Positions 56,013 through 64,000 of a stretch of DNA of 64,000 nt are shown one piece after another. Within the stretch, counting starts at the first letter, position 1. The number at the start of each line of letters is the position of its first letter. This DNA is from Eledone cirrhosa. Its lineage: Eukaryota. The translations under genes were made by a program, and so were the position numbers. The DNA lies in NCBI GenBank assembly GCA_964016885.1, contig OZ024742.1:216008001-216072000 (forward strand). Direction: 5' to 3'. Under the pieces are notes generated by a model that was not told the origin of the DNA, ran no database searches, and saw nothing but the letters and a program-made list of their open reading frames with translations.

Positions 56013-56315
56013 TAAAATAATAATAATATTAAAATATATAATTTAAATAGGCAATACCAATGTGAGGTAAAATATGCATTAAAAAAGAAAACGTGGGAAG
56101 CAAGCGAAACAAGGGAAGCTGTAATGCACTAGGAGGGTCTCTCGTTGAATCTTTACGTAACCTCCATGTACTCAAACATTTTTTTTATAAAGTTTGTATC
56201 TCGAATTTTGATACTCTATTTGATGAACGGCTACAATATGTTCTCTTTCTCGGTCTGAATAGTTTTTATCTTTGAACAAATATTGCCGAATAATGAATAT
56301 GTACATGTACATACT

Positions 56316-56378
<63 letters not shown>

Positions 56379-56516
56379 GTGTGTGTGTGTGTATGTGTGT
56401 GGGTGTGTATGTGTGTATGTGTGTGTGTTTGCGTGTGTGTGTGTGCGTGTGTTTGTGTGTGTTGTGTTGTCTATGTGGGTATGTATGCGTGTGTACCAGT
56501 GTGTGCAGGTGTCTGG

Positions 56517-56561
<45 letters not shown>

Positions 56562-57449
56562 AATATGTATATATGTGTGCGCGCGTGCGTGGTTGTATAT
56601 TGGAATTAAATTGCATATAGTTTGTAAATTAGAAATCTTTGCAATATTCCAATATGACTGTTTATTTAATTAAATTCTATGGAATAAATATTTGAAATAG
56701 CATACTACACGTCGTGTTTCGACAAAATTAAATTAGTTCTACTGACTACATAGGAAGAGCAATGAATGATTTTTGACCATGTTTTTTTTTTTCATTTTTC
56801 GTTTCGTATTTGATTTTGTAAGTTTCCAAATCAAATTCCCTACTCGCCATTTTTTCAATTTAATATTTCATGTAAAACGATGAAAATACTTATTTGTTTT
56901 ATTACTTAGAAAGTGAGAAAAAAATAATTGTGATTCTCAAACAAATATACTAAGGGAACAGTAAAGAGAGTATGTATTTCATTTGAAGTAAGAATGTTAA
57001 GTCAGTATCATAAATATATTTGGCTTGTTGCAATGTAAATATAAATATCCAATGCGAAAGATGCGTAGATGATAGAAGAATTGATGTGAAGTGAATTTAG
57101 AAAGAAATGTAAATTAATAAATACACAAAAATGAGTAATTTTGATTTAAGATCCGCTGGAGATAACAAAAGCGGGAGAGAACAAAAAAGAAAGATAGGGG
57201 TGTAAAATAAACGGGGATAAATACAGCAATGAGAAAGCAGTTTATGAAGCGAAAAAGTATGGGTGAAATGGAAAAGTAACTAGACAGATAAATCGGTGAA
57301 AAGAAGTTTTATAAAAATACTAAAAGTTTGAGCATTTTTCATCTATTTAGTCTACATATTCCGTCTTTTTGGTTTATAGGTAAAATAGGAATGAATGTGA
57401 AAGAAACAAAAAAAGAAGTGAAGAAAAATAAATGAATGAGTGATGAGAG

Positions 57450-59860
57450 CAATTGTTTCAACTTTAATAGAACTAAATTTGAACTCTTTGGGAGGTAATG
57501 AAATCCATCTTCTCCACATATTTAACTACATTGATTTACAGAGCGGGGTGCTTCTTATTTTATGTGTGTGAATAAAACCTTGTCCAAGAAAACGACATAA
57601 TACATTATCTGTTTCTTGTCTTTGATGGACAGGTGAAAATAAACATTGATATTAGAAATCATCTTACTGAAATGTTTACACTAATTGATGATAACCCTCT
57701 AACATCTAGCACTGTGTTGTTCCTAGTATAAAAGGGAAATAGATATACAACTAGATTTTAACGCACCTATAGAAAATATGGAGTTGCGGGAGAATCCAAA
57801 ATATTGGAAATAAAGTCAAAAATACTATTAAAATCGAAAGTACTCAAATACTGAGTACTTCTTTTGTAAAACTGAGGAATTAATGTTTTTTTTTCTCAGA
57901 ATATTCAAGAAAGTTCTTATAATTTCATATGAGTGCATTTTATGAGTTCGAATTCTAAAATCAAAGAACATATTCACGTATACATAATAAATATCAGATC
58001 ATAAATAAATATATTTCGATTTCCTTTCACGTAACTTGAGATGATTACCTATTACTGGCTGTGGATATAAAACTATTTGCTTATGGAGCTAACGAACGCG
58101 CTTATAAGTCTTCGCTCAACTTTCTAGAAATAGAAGCCGAAAATACATTTATATCACGTCCTAATCTATTAAAGAACGAAGGGAATATCTGTTACCAGAG
58201 TCCAAGATTAACTATGAATGGTAACAGAATATTGAAGCAAGATTTGCCAAGAGTAAAGCCTATTTTTTAAAACTATTTTTTTAAATATTTGATGATGGTA
58301 TATAAACTGTACCTTTAAACACATTTCCTGTATTGTAGATTCATATGTTGTATAAAATGGAACAACGCTCTCATACGTAATTATTTAATATAACAAGAGA
58401 ACCCCCAGTACTAAGTATTATATTTATACATTTAATAAACAAGTTGCGCATACCTTTAGGTAGGTAAAATATTCAGTTAGGTAAACAATATATTCAGTTA
58501 AAACAAAAGACCTTTGATAATTAAATATGGCAATTTTACAATTATCTTGTTACTAAACTAAACGCATAGTAGATTAGGTTACTGAGTAATGGTAAAATTG
58601 AAAACAACACAGCTTTCCAAGAATTTAAAACAAAAACAAAACAAAAAAAGAAATAGTATTTATAGTACTCATATACGAGAATTTAACATAAAATCTAATA
58701 TCGATAAAGGATTAACTGAGTCTGGATGTGGAAGATAAATGATATCTCTGATATATGAAGCATGGATTTTATTTGGGGCAATATGTTTCTCTAGTAATAG
58801 ACTCAACGAATATTTCATCATTAGATGATAAAAATTATCGAACTTGCTTTGGCTTTCATGCGGCTGAGTCAACAAGAAATATCCCTATTCATCCATGGGG
58901 ATGGGAAACAGAAATAATTGTTTCTACTTTTAGGCACAAGGCCAGCAATTATCAGTACATTACTGGTACTTAATTTTATCGACCCCGTAAGGATGAAAGG
59001 CAAAGTTAACCTCGGCAGGATTGGAACTCAGAATGGCAAGGGCCGTAACTCTATGCGTCAAAGCATGGCGACCGACCCTCTACTGATACTGCCAATCCAA
59101 ACAGAAATAATGAGAGAAGAATTGAAAGAGAAAAACATGAAGGGGAGATAAATAAAGTGATAACGCTATTGATTTCACTACCTCCAGATCAGTTCTTATC
59201 CATAAAAACGTTTTACCCATTCCCACTATGTTTTTTTTTCAAGTATCATACAACTGAATCTACATTAGGAAATGTCACGATGTTTTCGATTGAAGGGTAA
59301 GATGTCATTGAGATAAAAGCTTTTATATCCCGCTGTCTCATGTGATTTCAGAACTTTTCTTGATGATACCGTTCAATATGTATTCAGCCATGGGGATGCT
59401 TTTCCTATGATTTTGTGTGAACTACAAGGCGGACTTGTCCGAAAGGGTTGTTTTTCGATGGGAAGTTTGCAATTTTGATCAAGACGTAACTGGAATAATA
59501 ATTCTACAATGTTTAAACAGCACATGACCTTTCAGAATTTGCACAATTACCTTTTAGTTTATCTAAAGGTATTCCTAAAATGTCATTAAGTTGAGTAAAT
59601 GTTTCCCGCCTAGTAATAAAGAGTTATTTCGTCCATTTGTGTTTAACAATCATCAATACCTGATCAACAGTATAATAGCTACGGATGAATCCACTCAGAG
59701 GTTGGTGAGTACTTGTTGGGCACTGGCCTAAAAGTATGTTTTCACTCACTTGATGATAAGTGGCTAAAGTACATTGGCTGCAAGAGAAAGTTGCTGTGTC
59801 GTAAGTCTGTTGGAAATCCAATAAGTTAGATTACAAGAAGTATCAGCAGTTTAAAGAAGC
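57450..59860 (+). pseudogene. Decayed LRR-coding segment, interrupted by a SINE at 58913-59098 (-), possibly ending near an LRR C-cap
   Basis: LIDDNPLT (57681), MELRENP (57778), LNFLEIEAENTFISRPNL and RLTMNGNRI (ORF 58061), MTFQNLHNYLLVYL (59524-59565), VGNPI (~59809). Confidence 0.6.
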
Positions 59861-59954
59861 TATTGTGCGATGAACAAATAGGAAATGTGTTGCTTAACTA
59901 CTGTACACACGCACACACAACCATACACACACATACACACACAAACATATATAT

Positions 59955-60032
<78 letters not shown>

Positions 60033-60045
60033 TTATAAATATAAC

Positions 60046-60095
<50 letters not shown>

Positions 60096-60883
60096 GTGTG
60101 TATCCATGTATATATACGTGTGTGTGTGTGGGGGGGGGGGGGGGTAGAGAAAGAGGCTGACATATTTGGAGCGTTCTACTTTATAAATATACATAATGAT
60201 TGCAAAAGAGTAAATATAGTAGTCTCAAAACAAATTCGCTAATTATAGTCGAATTACATTATTTTCGAAGTTGCCATTTTCCTTCTCCATGTGGTCTTGT
60301 CTCCCGGATTTGATGTCCAGTTCTGTCTACTGTAAGTCTTGTTGCTGCTGTAGTAGTTGTTATTGTTGACGACGCTGCTTTTGTTGTTAACGTTACTTAG
60401 TTCTTGTAGTTATAATTCCAACTCTTTTGATATTTTTGTCGTTGTTGTTGTGCAACCATCTAACGCATTTCTATAACTGTGTGTGTTATACGTTTTCATT
60501 GTTTGTCAATACATCAGTTGTTTTTTTTAATTCTTATTACTATCCCTTTGTTGTCGGTCTCTCATAATTTTGATTTTTATCTTTATTATTATGTACGCTT
60601 ATGTATCGCTATAGTTATTGCTGTCTCTGTTGTTGTCGGCGTCCTCATTATCAGAGTTCTTTTAACGAGAGGAAATCGAGCCAGCGATAGATTCCTGTCT
60701 ACAGTCCAGAAATTTTTCTCCATTTTCATTCTTTCAAAGAAATCCCATTTCTTCTGTCAGTTTGATATTGATTATCTAATTATATACGCACACCTATACA
60801 TACACATAAATATCTACGGCCACACACAGGAAAGCATACATCTATCTATGCAAATAAGTACAAGTCTATATGTGTTTATATGC

Positions 60884-60960
<77 letters not shown>

Positions 60961-60977
60961 TGTGTGCGTGTATGTTC

Positions 60978-61025
<48 letters not shown>

Positions 61026-62010
61026 GAACATACACGCACACATACACGCACACATACACACACACACACACACAGAGAGACGGTGTGTGTGTGGGGGGGG
61101 GGGGGGGGGTGATTGAAAATATATTATTTTTACATCGTTTCTTTAGTGTATATATACTAGTTGACATGTCTATATCGATGCTTCATATTTCTGTTTTAAT
61201 CCTCATCGTCAATGTTGTAATTGCATCATTTAAGACAATTCTGGCCTTAAAGATCGTGTCTGTTCTCTTTTATTTCTGCAAACGTTTGCGTTGTTCCTAA
61301 AGTATTTCTTTGCTATATTCAACTCCTTTATAGTTATCGAACATAATATCATTCACAAACAAACATTTATTTGTTGTGGTATGTTTTAGACTTGATAACA
61401 CATTTTCCTTTTATATGATACCTCTATTAAAGAGGAAAATAGATTTTGGAATTTTTATGAGGTGTTTTGTTATAATAATTCCTTTTTTGTTTTGTGTATG
61501 AGTGTGTATACATGATTCTTTCCATGTCACAAAACACCATATCATAGATATTATTACGAGTCACCGCAAATTATCAGGTACAACGTTACAACAGTACAGC
61601 CGATAACCACTGCACACGTAATGCTGGTGGTCAATGCGTTTGTCAAGAGGTATACATCTACCATATGAAGATAAAGTGAAACAACCGTGAAAACCGTTTT
61701 ATTACGACTCTAAATTAGTTCCAGCACCAGACCTAAAAGAAGCTGAACGGCACACAGAGGGTGCACACAAACGCCAACACACACAAACAAGTGCAGGCAT
61801 ACATATACGTACGCATAAACATGTGCAGTCATGTACCGACATGCATACACATGCATGCATATATTTGTATATGGAGAAACTGATATTAAATGTAGTTTTA
61901 TAAAAGGTGTGTGGAATAGTCTTGTGAAAGGCCGTATGTGCCTGTGATGCAGCAACATATGTGGGTATGCATGTGACTCCATGCATAGAAGCTTAAATAT
62001 TGTACATTCC

Positions 62011-62048
<38 letters not shown>

Positions 62049-62049
<1 letters not shown>

Positions 62050-62672
62050 TAGCAGATGTACCCGGCCTTGCTCGGGAAAGGAATGACAGCCTGTTTGTAC
62101 GTATAAAGAGAGCCAAAGGTTGAGCAAAGAATTGAAATTAATTGTAAAAAAAGTTTAACAAAATGGGTGTACAGTGACATGATTGAGTGAAATAAACGGC
62201 AACATAAAAACAATTCATGGGGTAGCTTGAGTTAATTGACGTGAATGATTTCAGGTCCGGCCTTGCTGTAATAGGTATGAGTAAAGGGATAAAGATGGAA
62301 TAGACGCACCGTATGTTCTTCAGTAGACTAAACGCTATGCGTAAGATGGCGCTGCCACTACCACGTTGACCATCCACTGGACATAGAAATATCATTCCTT
62401 GAAGCAAATCGACCTAGTACTTCAAAAGTTAAAAGGAGCCTAGTATTTGTACACAGACAGATACACACACAAAATCGATTTTTCGGCCCCAATATCGATT
62501 TTTTTAAAATTTGTTTTTGTCCAAAACCTGCTCTGGCATATAAGCAACATGTGTGCCAAATCTGGTTGAAATCGGCCTATTACTTCAAAACTTAAAAGGA
62601 GCCTAGTATTTGTACACAGACAGACACACAGACAGACACACACATAGACCGACTTGCTTTTATATTTATAGA
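62049..62672 (-). mobile_element. Non-autonomous Helitron (HINE-like) with an internal ~64-bp direct repeat
   Basis: Minus 5' end A|TCTATAAATATAAAAGC followed by (GTCT)n. 3' hairpin CCCGAGCAAGGCCGGG, tacatctg, CTAG|T. Repeats at 62407-62470 and 62569-62633. Confidence 0.85.
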
Positions 62673-62766
62673 TATATATAGTGAAAAATGGAACGGGAAC
62701 AAAACAGAGAGGCAGTACAAACAAAGGTTTATTAGTTTCACGCTCTTAAGAGCGGGATATATATAT

Positions 62767-63036
62767 GTACAAGTTCTATTTAAATTGTTGGGATACAACA
62801 TGCAAATATTTTTATAACTGATATAAACCACTCAACAAATAATTGGCGTAAAAATACGGGGAGCTTCCAACAGTAATGGTTGCATTCTTTAAAGGTATGT
62901 CAATATTTATTTATAAAACTGCTCTAGATTATATTTTATCTCATGAAAGCACACCATAATTTAACTTGGTGTCCTTGAAATATGTATAATTAAATAAATA
63001 TGGTTTTATAAATATAGTTTCCATTTGTTAATATCG

Positions 63037-63038
<2 letters not shown>
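62767..63038. mobile_element. Family-B PLE end with a clean inversion
   Basis: 62767-62858 is the 3' tail in - orientation. 62900-63038 is the + arm with a mutated hammerhead (CTCATGA 62940..GAAA 62977) and stops where the tail begins. Confidence 0.7.
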
Positions 63039-63075
<37 letters not shown>

Positions 63076-63878
63076 ATAAATATATATATATAAGCTTCAG
63101 AAAAAAAATATATATAAGCTTCAGACAAGACAACGAACGGAAACAAGACAAGAGTAAAAATTCAAATGAAAAATACAGAACTCCAGGTCATCGGTCGTTG
63201 AGATGTACTTTGGCAGTTTCTACTTCTAACAACGGTATTCCTGGTCCACCCGAGGTCACAGCGTCCGGTACAATCCAAAACACAGTAGAGTAGAGTAAGG
63301 GACGCGAGACAAAATATTAATTCATAGCAATTAAGCTACATGTCCACAGAGACATTTTTGTGACGCCAAGGGAAAGAGTGGTGTTCTCATAGCACGAGAG
63401 TCTCACGGATGAAATAAAGGGACAAGTTAATTTAAAGAAAAGACTAGAACAATAAAGTAAGATTTTGTGTTAAAGGATGTAAGCCATTAAAAAAAAAAAA
63501 ACGTATTATTTCCACAGCATTCAATCCTACAACTGGGGCTAACTTACATTGATGTTAAACCAATATAGAAATTTCACACGTTTTTTTAATTTCTCTTGGT
63601 TATCTTATTCAGCATAAATAAGAGAATATAATTATAAAATACAAACATATTGTGTGTTATTTTGTGCAATGAGACATTTATTTATCACACAGTAATATTT
63701 CATATACATGCAAACGATACTCTTGCACTTAAGGACGAGCCATTAGAATGAACTGAGAACAAGATTTTACAGAGCTTATATGTGAGGTACGAAGCTAGAA
63801 ACCATAAAATATGTTTTTACAAATGAACTATCAACTCACACAAACATATATACATACACCTCTCCACACAAACACACG

Positions 63879-63917
<39 letters not shown>

Positions 63918-64000
63918 CCCCCCCCCCCCACACACACACACACACGCATACACATATATATATATATAATATTTCCACATCCAATATGCGTAAAGTTTGT

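Overview
Eukaryotic, very AT-rich, microsatellite-dense animal DNA. The SINE family and (TA)n load suggest an octopod cephalopod; this is inference. I found no intact host gene, and almost all ORF-track entries are (TA)n/(CA)n/(GA)n artefacts. The window is a transposon graveyard. It holds many Penelope-like element (PLE) 3' ends from several families, most bounded by (TA)n tracts, folded back as inverted repeats and carrying minimal type-I hammerhead ribozyme motifs. It also holds larger PLE RT/GIY-YIG relics, RTE, R4/Dong-like and Tx1-like LINE relics, RTE-derived bipartite elements, non-autonomous Helitrons, about 14 copies of one tRNA-derived SINE and a CT-rich minisatellite. Two patterns stand out. 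(1) The PLE insertions share one architecture: the inverted arm starts at a family-specific AT-rich point 35-90 nt from the 3' end. One unit is a tandem of about 1.96 kb flanked by two hammerheads, like a retrozyme. (2) Much of the non-repetitive DNA between 11 and 60 kb translates on the + strand into decayed leucine-rich repeats, suggesting a fossil LRR gene array or giant LRR exon broken up by TE insertions. All coordinates were read by eye; element ends are approximate.
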